Shown: in pieces, positions 52,501-62,299 of the stretch
Layout of the letters: every line of letters begins with the position of its first letter
Position numbering within the stretch: position 1 is the first letter of the stretch
Source: Squalus acanthias
Taxonomy: Eukaryota
DNA length: 64,000 bases
Reading direction: 5' to 3'
NCBI GenBank assembly: GCA_030390025.1
Contig: JASTWF010000418.1
Span: 62,001 to 126,000, forward strand
Made by a program: the position numbers and the translations under genes
Notes under the pieces: generated by a model
The model's input: the letters and a program-made list of their open reading frames with translations, nothing else
What the model was told of the DNA's origin: nothing
Databases searched by the model: none

Positions 52501-55500
52501 TTAATCGCCCCCCAGAATGGGGGGAAGAGCGAGATCAGCCCCTCACTCAGAGCCCCCCAGTTAATCGCCCCCCAGACTGGGGGCAACAGTGAGATCAGCC
52601 CCTCACTCAGAGGCCCCCCAGTTAATCGCCCCCCAGACTGGGGGGAACAGCGAGATCAGCCCCTCACTCAGAGCCCCCTAGTTAATCGCCCCCCAGAATG
52701 GGGGGAAGAGCGAGATCAGCCCCTCACTCAGAGCCCCCCAGTTTACCGGCCCCCCAGATTGGGGGGAGCAGCGTTGGAGTGTTTCCGATGTCTGGGATGA
52801 GATTCCGCGGGGGCTAATTAACGACAATCGCGGGAACCCGCTGGATTGAAATGGAAGGGGAGTGGGGGGGTGCGGGGGGGTCCGGGGAGGAGCGCCCCTC
52901 GCGATCTGTTTCCCGGGTCACAAATCTCCCCACCCCCCCGGCGACTGGGAGCCAAGCCCAGGGGTTAACCCACTAAACCTCCAAGCCCCAACTCTCAAAT
53001 CCCCAGCACGAATCTCCACCTCAAACCGCCCAGCCCAATTCAACCTCCCTAACCCCCGACCCCCTCGCTGCCCCCCGCCCCTCCCCCCCCCAACAACCCC
53101 CAGCAGTCCAGACACTCACCTCTGGTCCTGATCTCCTTGACGATGGGCTGGGTCAGCGTCTGGTGTGAGACGACACACTGGTACTTGTCCACATCCACCC
53201 AGTCTCGACCCCTGACCTCCAGCTGACTGACGGTGGTGTACCGATCCGCGGGGTCTCGGGACAGAGGCTGCTCGGTGATTCCCGACCTCACTTGTCTTCC
53301 GTCCGAGAACCAGGAGATCCGCACACTGGGGGGGTAGAATCCGCTGACTAGGCAGAGCAGGGGGGTGAAACCGTTCTCCGATATCTCCCCCGGGGGCGGG
53401 TAATGAAGCTGGACCGAGGGAGGAGAGGACGATGGCACTGGAACAAGAATCGAGAGGTCTGTCACTGGCCCGAGTGTCTCTGGCCCAGAATCGAGGGGTC
53501 AGTCACTGGCCCGAGTGTCTCTGGCCCAGAATCGAGGGGTCAATCACTGACCCGAGTGTCTCTGGCCCAGAATCGAGGGATTAGACACTGACTTCAGTGT
53601 GTCTGGCCCAGAATCGAGGGGTCGATCATTGACCTCAGTGTGTCTGGCCCAGATACGACAGTGATTGGACAGTGTAGAGGGAGCTTTACTCTGTATCTAA
53701 CCCGTGGTGTACCTGCCCTGGGAGTGTTTGATGGGACAGTGTAGAGGGAGCTTTACTCTGAATCTAACCCCGTGCTGTACCTGCCCTGGGAGTGTTTGAT
53801 GGGACAGTGTCGAGGGAGCTTTACTCTGTATCTAACCCATACTGTACCTGCCCTGGGAGTGTTTGATGGGACAGTGTAGAGGGACCTTTACTCCGTATCT
53901 AACCCGTGCTGTACCTGCCATGGGAGTGTTTGATGGGACAGTGTAGAGGGAGCTTTACTCTGTATCTAACCCCGTGCTGTACCTGCCCTGGGAGTGTTTG
54001 ATGGGACAGTGGAGAGGGAGCTTTACTCTGTATCTAACCCGTGCTGTACCTGCCCTGGGACTGTTTGATGGGACAGTGTAGAGGGACCTTTACTCTGTAT
54101 CTAAACCGTGCTGTACCTGCCTTGGGAGTGTTTGATGGGACAGTGTAGAGGGTTCTTTACTCTGTGTCTAACCTGTGCTGTACCTGCCCTGGGAGTGTTT
54201 GATGAGACAGTGTAGAGGGAGCTTTACTCTGTATCTAACTCGTGCTGTACCTGCCCTGGGAGTGTTTGATGGGACAGTGTAGAGGGGGCTTTACTCTGTA
54301 TCTAACCCGTGCTGTACCTGCCTTGGGAGTGTTTGATGGGACAGTGTAGAAGGAGTTTTACTCTGTATCTAACCCGTGCTGTACCTGCCCTGGGAGTGTT
54401 TGATGGGACAGTGTAGAGGGAGCTTTACTCTGTATCTAACCCGTGCTGTACCTGCCCTGGGAGTGTTTGATGGGACAGTGTAGAGGCAGCTTTACTCTGT
54501 ATCTAACCTGTGCTGTACCTGTCCTGAGAGTGTTTGATTGGACAGTGTAGAGGGAGCTTTACTCTGTATCTAACCCGTGCTGTATCTGCCCTGGGAGTGT
54601 TTGATGAGACAGTGTGGAGGGAGCTGTACTCTGTATCTAACGTGTGCTGTACCTGCCCTGGGAGTGTTTGATGGGACAGTGTAGAGGGAGCTTTACTCTG
54701 TATCTAACCCAGTGCTGTACCTGCCCTGGGAGTGTTTGATGGGACAGTGTAGAGGGAGCTTTACTCTGTATCTATCCCGTGCTGTACCTGCCCTGGGAGT
54801 GTTTGATGGGCCAGTGTAGAGGGAGCTTTACTCTGTATCTAACCCGTGCTGTTCCTGCCCTGGGAGTGTTTGATGGGACAGTGTAGAGGGAGCTTTACTC
54901 TGTATCTAACCCCGTGCTATACCTGCCCTGGGAGTGTTTGATGGGACAGTGTGGAGGGAGCTGTACTCTGTATCTAACCCGTGCTGTACCTGCCCTGGGA
55001 GTGTTTGATGGGACTGTGTAGAGGGAGCTTTACTCTGTATCTAACCCCGTGCTGTACCTGCCCTGGGAGTGTTTGATGGGACAGTGTAGAGGGAGCTTTA
55101 CTCTGTATCTAACCCGTGCTGTACCTGCCCTGGGTGTGTTTGATGGGACAGTGTGGAGGGAGCTTTACTCTGTATCTAACCCCGTGCTGTACCTGCCCTG
55201 GGAGTGTTTGATGGGACAGTGTAGAGGGAGCTTTACTCTGTATCTAACCCGTGCTGTACCTGCCCTGGGAGTGTTTGATGGGACAGTGTAGAGGGAGCTT
55301 TACTCTGTATCTAACCCGTGCTGTACCTGCCCTGGGAGTGTTTGATGGGACAGTGTAGAGGGAGCTTTACTCTGTATCTAACCCGTGCTGTACCTGCCCT
55401 GGGAGTGTTTGATGGGACAGTGTAGAGGGAGCTTTACTCTGGATCTAACCCATGCTGTACCTGCCCTGGGAGTGTTTGATGGGACAGTGTAGAGGGAGCT

Positions 55501-58500
55501 TTACTCTGTATCTAACCCGTGCTGTACCTGCCCTGGGAGTGTTTGATGGGACAGTGTAGAGGGAGCTTTACTCTGTATCAAACCGTGCTGTACCTGCCCT
55601 GGGAGTGTTTGATGGGACAGTGTGGAGGGAGCTGTACTCTCTATCTGAGGGATGAGGTGTATCTTACCATCATGTTTGCTGAGGGTCTGTGTCAGCGGAG
55701 TTGTTGAGGAAAGGTGTTTGACCAGACAGGTGAAGATTGATCCTGAATCCCATTCCCGGACAGGGACCTTTAACGTGCTGCTGGAACTGTAGGTCCCATT
55801 CTCGTGTTGCGTTGTGTGGCCAGGCTCCGAGGAGAAGGATGTCTGGCGGTTATTGATGAGCCAGGTGAAGGAGATGTTCCTGGGGTGAAATCCGACTGCC
55901 TGACACCCCAATGCGGCCGTCCCGTTAGTGTCCATTTCATCGTAGGTGGGGGGTAGGACGTAGACGCTGGGAACCGTAGGGTATCGGGCTGGAGATCCAC
56001 CGGAGAGAGAACGGAATGAAGGCATTAGTGGGCGGTGAGAGATCAGGCCACCTTGGAGCTCCCCAGTTAATCACCCCCCAGACTGGGGGCAACAGCGAGA
56101 GCAGCCCCTCACTCGGAGCCCCCCAGTTAATCACCCCCCAGACCAGGGGGACAGCGAGATCAGCCCCTCACTCAGAGCCCCCCAGTTAATCACCCCCCAG
56201 ACTGGAGGGAACAGTGAGATCAGCCCCTCACTCAGAGCCCCCCAGTTAATCGCCCCCCAGACTGGGGGAAACAGCGAGATCAGCCCCTCACTCAGAGCCC
56301 CCCAGTTAATCGCCCCCCAGATTGGGGGGGGAAGAGCGAGATCAGCCCCACTCAGAGCCCCCCAGTTAATCGCCCCCCAGACTGGGGGGAACAGCGAGAT
56401 CAGCCCCTCACTCAGAGCCCCCTAGTTAATCAACCCCCAGACTGGGGGGAACAGCGAGATCAGCCCCTCACTCTGAGCCCCCCAGTTAATCAACCCCCAG
56501 ACTCGGGGGAAGAGCGAGATCAGCCCCTCACTCGGAGTCCCCCAGTTTACCGGCCCCCCAGACTGGGGGGAGCAGCGTTGGAGGGTTTCCGATGTCTGGG
56601 TTGTGATTCCGCGGGGGCTCATTAACGACAATCGCGGGAACCCGCTGGATTGAAATGGAAGGGGAGTGGGTGGGGGTGGGGGGGCCGGGGAGGAGCGCCC
56701 CTCGCGATCTGTACCCCGGGTCACAAACCTCCCCTCCCCAGCGACTGGGAGCCAAGCCCAGGGGTTAACCCACTAAACCTCCAACCCCCAACTCTCAAAT
56801 CCCCAGCACGAATCTCCACCTCAAACCGCCCAGCCCAATTCAACCTCCCTAACCCCCGACCCCCTCGCTGCCCCCCCGCCCCCCCCCCCAACAACCCCCA
56901 GCAGTCCAGACACTCACCTCTGGTCCTGATCTCCTTGACGATGGGCTGGGTCAGCGTCTGGTGTGAGACGACACACTGGTACTTGTCCACATCCACCCAG
57001 TCTCGACCCCTGACCTCCAGCTGACTGACGGTGGTGTACCGATCCGCGGGGTCTCGGGACAGAGGCTGCTCGGTGATTCCCGACCTCACTCGTCTTCCGT
57101 CCGAGAACCAGGAGATCCGCACACTGGGGGGGTAGAATCCGCTGACTAGGCAGAGCAGGGGGGTGAAACCGTTCTCCGATATCTCCCCCGGGGGCGGGTA
57201 ATGAAGCTGGACCGAGGGAGGAGAGGACGATGGCACTGGAACAAGAATCAAGGGGTCAGTCACTGGCCCGAGTGTCTCTGGCCCTGAATCGAGGGGTCAG
57301 TCACAGACCTCAGTGTGTCTGGCCTAGAATTGAGGGGTCAGTCACTGGCCCGAGTGTATCCGGCCCAGAATCGAGTGGTCAGTCACTGACCCGAGTGTCT
57401 CTGGCCCAGAATCGAGGGGTCAGTCACTGGCCCGAGTGTCTCTGGCCCAGAATCGAGGGGTCAATCACTGACCTCAGTGTGTCTGGCCCAAAATCGAGGG
57501 GTCAATCACTGACCTCAGTGTGCCTGGCCCAGAATCGAGGGGTCAGTCACTGGCCTGAGTGTCTCTGGACCAGAATCGACGGTGATTGGACAGTGTAGAG
57601 GGAGCTTTGCTCTGTATCTAACCCGTGCTGTACCTGCCCTGGGAGTTTTTGATTTAACAGTGTAGAGGGAGCTTTACTCTGTATCTAACCCCGTGCTGTA
57701 CCTACCCTGGGAGTGTTTAATGGGACAGTGTGGAGGGAGCTTTACTCTGTATCTAACCCGTGCTGCACCTGCCCTGGGTTAGGGTTAGGGTTAGGGCTAA
57801 CCCTAACCCTAACCCTAACCCTAACCCTAACCCTGGGAGTGTTTGATGGGACAGTGTAGAGGGAGCTTTACTCTGTTTCTAACCCGTGCTGTACCTGCCC
57901 TGGGAGTGTTTGATGGGACAGTGTAGAGTGAGCTTTACTCTGTATCTAACCCGTGCTGTACCTGCCCTGGGAGTGTTTGATGGGACAGTGTAGAGGGAGC
58001 TTTACTCTGTATCTAACCCGTGCTGTACCTGCCCTGGGAGTGTTTGATGGGACAGTGTAGAGGGAGCTTTACTCTGTATCTAACCTGTGCTGTACCTGCC
58101 CTGGGAGTGTTTGATGGGACAGTGTGGAGGGAGCTTTACTCTGTATCAAACCCGTGCTGTACCTGCCCTGGGAGTGTTTGATGGGACAGTGTAGAGGGAG
58201 CTTTACTCTGTATCTAACCCGTGCTGTATCTGCCCTGGGAGTGTTTGATGGGACAGTGTAGAGGGAGCTTTACTCTGTATCAAACCCGTGCTGTACCTGC
58301 CCTGGGAGTGTTTGATGGGACAGTGTAGAGGGAGCTTTACTCTGTATCTATCCCGTGCTGTACCTGCCCTGGGAGTGTTTGATGGGACAGTGTAGAGGGA
58401 GCTTTACTCTGTATCTAACCCGTGCTGTACCTGCCCTGGGAGTGTTTGATGGGACAGTGTGGAGGGAGCTGTACTCTCTATCTAAGGGATGAGGTGTATC

Positions 58501-61500
58501 TTACCGTCATGTTTGCTGAGGGTCTGTGTCAGCGGAGTTGTTGAGGAAAGGTGTTTGACCAGACAGGTGAAGATTGATCCTGAATCCCATTCCCGGACAG
58601 GGACCTTTAACGTGCTGCTGGAACTGTAGGTCCCATTCTCGTGTTGCGTTGTGTGGCCAGGCTCCGAGGAGAAGGATGTCTGGCGGTTATTGATGAGCCA
58701 GGTGAAGGAGATCTTCCTGGGGTGAAATCCGACTGCCTGACACCCCAATGTGGCCGTCCCGTTAGTGTCCATTTCATCGTAGGTGGGGGGTAGGACGTAG
58801 ACGCTGGGAACCGTAGGGTATCGGGCTGGAGATCCACCGGAGAGAGAACGGAATGAAGGCATTAGTGGGCGGTGAGAGATCAGGGCCACCGTGGAGCCCC
58901 CCAGTTAATCGCCCCCCAGACTGGGGGGACAGCGAGATCAGCCCCTCATTCAGAGCCCCCCAGTTAATCACCCCCCAGACTGGGGGGAACAGCGAGATCA
59001 GCCCCTCACTCAGAGCCCCCCAGTTAATCGACCCCCAGATTGGGGTGTACAGTGAGAGCAGCCTGTAGGATAAAGTGTACCTGTAGGATTTACTAAACAT
59101 TGTTAAGATTTTGTAACCATTATTAAGTAAGTATAATATGTGAAATTGTATGTTAAAAACCTAAAACGCCTGTATAAAATGCCTGGCAAGCAAAGCTTGA
59201 TGGTAAAATTAAGCCAGCATTATGTTAACTGGGAGAATAGTGCTGAGGTGGTGGAGATTTTCTGTTATATTAAAAACAAGAAGCCAGTGAAGGACAAAGC
59301 ATTAATTAAGTCTCAAAGTAAGACAGAGGGTTTTCAATCCCCAACCTCCCTTATCGCTGAAGTTTCAGACCAGTCTAGATAATGGGCTGTGGGAAAGGCA
59401 AAAGACCTCCGTCTTAATTCATGGGAAGTCCGGCTATGTGCAAGATCTCAAACTCAAAGTTCACAGCAGAATAGGGGAGGGAATCATAGACCGTACTTGT
59501 GAAGGTCAGCATGGTGAGATAGCCCAAGCAGCTGCCAGTTGCTATGTATTTTGAAAGGGAAAAAAAAGGTATAAAGGAACAGCTATTGAACACTGAAAGC
59601 AGTGCGAAACCAGAGGTCGAAAGCTTCAGTCAACAGAACACAGCAAGAGAATAAAGAGACCGCGCCGCAGTCACTCGGAAGCAACGCCAGGGTTCAATGA
59701 ACAGACGGCGACTATCTTCTTGTTAAGTATTACTTCTTTATACTGGATGTTTAATGTTTAATAAACCTGTTTTACTGATACACAATATACCTGGACCCAG
59801 AGTGGTTTGTGTCGTCACGGACAAATTAATTCAGAGCTTTAAAAGCTACAAGACCCACCTCAGAGCCCCCCAGTTAATCGCCCCCCAGACTGGGGGGAAC
59901 AGTGAGATCAGCCCCTCACTCGGAGCCCCCCAGTTAATCGCCCCCCAGATTGGGGGGAAGTGCGAGATCAGCCCCTCACTCGGAGCCCCCCAGTTAATCA
60001 ACCCCCAGATTGGGGGGGAAGAGCGAGATCAGCCCCTCACTCAGAGCCCCCCAGTTAATCAGCCCCCCAGACTGGGGGCATCCCACAAAACCTCCAACCC
60101 CCAATTCTCAAATCCCCAGCTCGAATCTCCACCTCAAACCGCCCAGCCCAATTCAACCTCCCTAACCCCCGACCCCCTCGCTGACCCCCCCCTCCCCCCC
60201 AACAACCCCCAGCAGTCCAGACACTCACCTCTGGTCCTGATCTCCTTGACGATGGGCTGGGTCAGCGTCTGGTGTGAGACGACACACTGGTACTTGTCCA
60301 CATCCACCCAGTCTCGACCCCTGACCTCCAGCTGACTGACGGTGGTGTACCGATCCGTGGGGTCTCGGGACAGAGGCTGCTCGGTGATTCCCGACCTCAC
60401 TCGTCTTCCGTCCGAGAACCAGGAGATCCGCACACTGGGGGGGTAGAATCCGCTGACTAGGCAGAGCAGGGGGGTGAAACCGTTCTCCGATATCTCCCCC
60501 GGGGGCGGGTAATGAAGCTGGACCGAGGGAGGAGAGGACGCCGGCACTGGAACAAGAATCAAGGGGTCAGTCACTGGCCTGAGTGTCTCTGGCCCAGAAT
60601 CGAGGGGTCAATCACTGACCTCAGTGTGTCTGGCCTAGAATCGAGGGGTCAGTCACTGACCTCAGTGTGTCTGGCCCAGAATCGAGGGGTCAGTCACTGA
60701 CCTCAGTGTGTCTGGCCCAGAATCGAGGGGTCATTCACTGGCCCGAGTGTCTCTGGCCCAGAATCGAAAGGTCAATCACTGACCTCAGTGTGTCTGGCCC
60801 AGAATCGAGGGGTCAGTCACTGACCTCAGTGTCTCTGGCCCAGAATCAACAGTGATTGGACAGTGTAGATGGAGCTTTCCTCTGTATCTAACCCGTGCTG
60901 TACCTGCCCTGGGAGTGTTTGATGGGACAGTGTAGAGGGAGCTTTACTCAGTATCTAACCCGTGCTGTACCTGCCTTGGGAGTGTTTGATGGGACAATGT
61001 AGAGGGAGCTTTACTCTGTATCTAACCCGTGCTATACCTGCCCCGGGAGTGCATGATGGGACAGTGTAGAGGGAGCTTTACTCTGTATCTAACCCCATGC
61101 TGGACCTGCCCTGGGAGTGTTTGATGGGACAGTGTAGAGGGAGCTTTACTCTGTATCTAACCCGTGCTGTACCTGCCCTGGGAGTGTTTGATGGGACAGT
61201 GTAGAGGGAGCTTTACTCTGTATCTAACCCGTGCTGTACCTGCCCTGGGAGTGTTTGATGGGACAGTGTAGAGGGAGCTTTACTCTGTATCTAACCTGTG
61301 CTGTACCTGCCCTGGGAGTGTTTGATGGGACAGTGTAGAGGGAGCTTTACTCTGTATCTAACCCGTGCTGTACCTGCCCCGGGAGTGTTTGATGGGACAG
61401 TGTAGAGGGAGCTTTACTCTGTATCTAACCTGTGCTGTACCTGCCCTGGGAGTGTTTGATGGGACAGTGTAGAGGGAGCTTTACTCTGTATCTAACCCGT

Positions 61501-61969
61501 GCTGTACCTGCCCTGGGAGTGTTTGATGGGACAGTGTAGAGGGAGCTTTACTCTGTATCTAACCCGTGCTGTACCTGCCCTGGGAGTGTTTGATGGGACA
61601 GTGTGGAGGGAGCTGTACTCTCTATCTAAGGGATGATGTGTATCTTACCATCATGTTTGCTGAGGGTCTGTGTCAGCGGAGTTGTTGAGGAAAGGTGTTT
61701 GACCAGACAGGTGAAGATTGAGCCTGAATCCCATTCCCGGACAGGGACCTTTAACGTGCTGCTGGAACTGTAGGTCCCATTCTCGTGTTGCGTTGTGTGG
61801 CCAGGCTCCGAGGAGAAGGATGTCTGGCGGTTATTGATGAGCCAGGTGAAGGAGATCTTCCTGGGGTGAAATCCGACTGCCTGACACCCCAATGTGGCCG
61901 TCCTGTTAGTGTCCATTTCATCGTAGGTGGGGGGTAGGACGTAGACGCTGGGAACCGTAGGGTATCGGG
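28423..61969 (-). CDS. Spliced gene model, 5'-incomplete: type I membrane protein with at least 16 tandem Ig C1-set domains, (A-B)x5-A-C-D-E-D-E-TM-CYT, about 1,790 aa in window
   Basis: 18 exons with AG/GT boundaries. All domain exons are phase 1/1 with lengths 318, 321 or 339 nt. Each shows C1-set hallmarks (PS/PE start, L-x-C, GF(Y/H)P, C-strand W, Y/F-x-C-x-V-x-H). Splicing them in order gives an uninterrupted frame to TAG at 28423-28425. Confidence 0.85.
28590..28860. repeat. 28-bp tandem repeat in the TM-CYT intron
   Basis: tgatccacctgtctgtgtacctggggtc. Confidence 0.9.
28980..29117 (-). CDS. Transmembrane exon: [46 protein letters not shown]
   Basis: cttccccacag acceptor, G|gtaggt donor, 138 nt phase 1/1; about 23 hydrophobic residues followed by a basic stop-transfer cluster; unique sequence among repeats. 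Confidence 0.85.
29440..31470 (+). mobile_element. Degraded CR1 LINE interrupted by a MITE
   Basis: RT motifs (ctggactttcaaaaggcgtttgataa; gtcccccaggggtctgtattggga); continues after about 30903. Confidence 0.85.
30029..30902. mobile_element. GC-rich MITE, same family as 62564-63456
   Basis: Ends gggggagaaattc / gaatatatccccc; colinear with 62564-63456. Confidence 0.75.
31579..31584 (-). terminator. Candidate intronic polyadenylation signal AATAAA (equivalents at 37415-37420 and 56-61)
   Basis: tttatt on the + strand about 550 nt past the E read-through stop, followed on the sense strand by a GT/T-rich stretch. Confidence 0.45.
32410..32748 (-). CDS. Ig C1 domain exon, type E (membrane-proximal, extra Cys in PEICT)
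   Basis: 339 nt, phase 1/1, C1 motifs intact. Confidence 0.88.
32918..34780. repeat. 35-bp minisatellite in the D-E intron
   Basis: Same unit. Confidence 0.95.
34883..35203 (-). CDS. Ig C1 domain exon, type D
   Basis: 321 nt, phase 1/1, C1 motifs intact. Confidence 0.9.
35335..37140. mobile_element. CR1 3' fragments (98-bp tandem copy at 35335-36150; another at about 36480-36990)
   Basis: CR1 ORF2 C-terminal motifs. Confidence 0.8.
38245..38583 (-). CDS. Ig C1 domain exon, type E
   Basis: tttcag acceptor, gtgagg donor (an in-phase alternative gtgaag donor would shorten the exon by 15 nt), 339 nt; [24 protein letters not shown]. Confidence 0.88.
38753..39460. repeat. 35-bp minisatellite in the D-E intron
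   Basis: Same unit. Confidence 0.95.
39564..39884 (-). CDS. Ig C1 domain exon, type D
   Basis: cctcag acceptor, gtgagt donor, 321 nt; [33 protein letters not shown]. Confidence 0.9.
40068..41130 (-). mobile_element. CR1 3' fragment with 51-bp tandem amplification
   Basis: Repeated [15 protein letters not shown]. Confidence 0.85.
41186..41503 (-). CDS. Ig C1 domain exon, type C (single copy)
   Basis: tttacag acceptor, gtcagt donor, 318 nt; [33 protein letters not shown]. Confidence 0.9.
41555..41955 (-). mobile_element. L2-like LINE 3' fragment
   Basis: ..GGRAFS.. and ..[16 protein letters not shown] motifs typical of L2 ORF2 ends. Confidence 0.65.
42335..45703 (-). mobile_element. 5'-truncated CR1 on the minus strand, with a nested plus-strand CR1
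   Basis: 473-aa RT ORF 44278-45699; its tail (aacatagaaacatagaag) is displaced to 42335-42367. Confidence 0.92.
42368..44209 (+). mobile_element. 5'-truncated CR1 nested in the 3' UTR of the previous element
   Basis: RT ORF pieces 42387-44109; AGGAGTA duplicated at 42361-42367 and 44210-44216. Confidence 0.9.
46243..46563 (-). CDS. Ig C1 domain exon, type A (last A)
   Basis: 321 nt, phase 1/1, C1 motifs intact. Confidence 0.9.
47518..47835 (-). CDS. Ig C1 domain exon, type B
   Basis: 318 nt, phase 1/1, C1 motifs intact. Confidence 0.9.
49059..49379 (-). CDS. Ig C1 domain exon, type A
   Basis: 321 nt, phase 1/1, C1 motifs intact. Confidence 0.9.
50358..50675 (-). CDS. Ig C1 domain exon, type B
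   Basis: 318 nt, phase 1/1, C1 motifs intact. Confidence 0.9.
51621..51941 (-). CDS. Ig C1 domain exon, type A
   Basis: 321 nt, phase 1/1, C1 motifs intact. Confidence 0.9.
53120..53437 (-). CDS. Ig C1 domain exon, type B
   Basis: 318 nt, phase 1/1, C1 motifs intact. Confidence 0.9.
55668..55988 (-). CDS. Ig C1 domain exon, type A
   Basis: 321 nt, phase 1/1, C1 motifs intact. Confidence 0.9.
56918..57235 (-). CDS. Ig C1 domain exon, type B
   Basis: 318 nt, phase 1/1, C1 motifs intact. Confidence 0.9.
57779..57830. repeat. Head-to-head interstitial telomeric repeat (TTAGGG)3-CTAA-(CCCTAA)5 flanked by duplicated CCCTGGG
   Basis: Read directly from the sequence. Confidence 0.95.
58505..58825 (-). 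CDS. Ig C1 domain exon, type A
   Basis: 321 nt, phase 1/1, same splice sites and motifs as other A copies. Confidence 0.9.
59064..59850 (+). mobile_element. Solo LTR (787 bp)
   Basis: TGTAG...CTACA termini, TATA-like gtataaa near 59570, AATAAA near 59760, imperfect 4-bp TSD agcc/agac, interrupts the 60-bp array. Confidence 0.8.
60229..60546 (-). CDS. Ig C1 domain exon, type B
   Basis: ttccag acceptor, gtgagt donor, 318 nt; [33 protein letters not shown]. Confidence 0.9.
61649..61969 (-). CDS. Ig C1 domain exon, type A (copy 1 in window)
   Basis: ctccag acceptor, gtaaga donor, 321 nt; [32 protein letters not shown]. Confidence 0.9.
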
Positions 61970-62299
61970 CTGGAGATCCACCGGAGAGACAACGGAATGA
62001 AGGCATTAGTGGGCGGTGAGAGATCAGGCCCACCTTGGAGCCCCCCAGTTAATCGCCCCCCAGTTAATCGCCCCCCAGACTGGGGGGACAGCGAGATCAG
62101 CCCCTCACTCAGAGCCCCCCAGTTAATCACCCCCCAGACTGGGGGGAACAGTGAGATCAGCCCCTCACTCGGTGCCCCCCAGTTAATCGCCCCCCAGACT
62201 GGGGTGAACAGCGAGATCAGCCCCTCACTCAGAGACCCCCAGTTTACCGGCCCCCCAGTTAATCGCCCCCCAGACTGGGGGGGAAGAGCGAGAGGAGCC

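Larger units (their letters stand above)
47836..60850. repeat. 41-bp minisatellite arrays abutting each B acceptor (47836-48055, 50676-51225, 53438-53655, 57236-57580, 60547-60850)
   Basis: Unit cactggcccgagtgtctctggcccagaatcgaggggtcagt. Confidence 0.9.
45704..61628. repeat. 67-bp minisatellite arrays 3' of each A exon (42128-42334, 45704-46222, 48065-49040, 51232-51600, 53667-55648, 57588-58485, 60858-61628)
   Basis: Unit gggagtgtttgatgggacagtgtagagggagctttactctgtatctaacccgtgctgtacctgccct; array edges approximate. Confidence 0.92.
46610..62299. repeat. 60-bp minisatellite arrays 5' of each A exon (46610-47162, 49428-50010, 51990-52768, 56037-56572, 58873-60078, 62018-62299)
   Basis: Unit gagatcagcccctcactcagagccccccagttaatcgccccccagactggggggaacagc, containing a ccccccag-a-ctgggggg hairpin. 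Confidence 0.92.

Noticed and set aside
57779-57830. Ancestral chromosome end-to-end fusion site
   Set aside because: Both flanks are the same continuous intronic minisatellite with a 7-bp duplication, indicating a local insertion.
28423-61969. Naming the gene IgM, IgW, IgNAR, UrIg or SIRP
   Set aside because: No canonical Ig TM with short tail, no classical secretory tailpiece, no ITIMs and no V domain visible; orthology cannot be set without searches, so no symbol is given.
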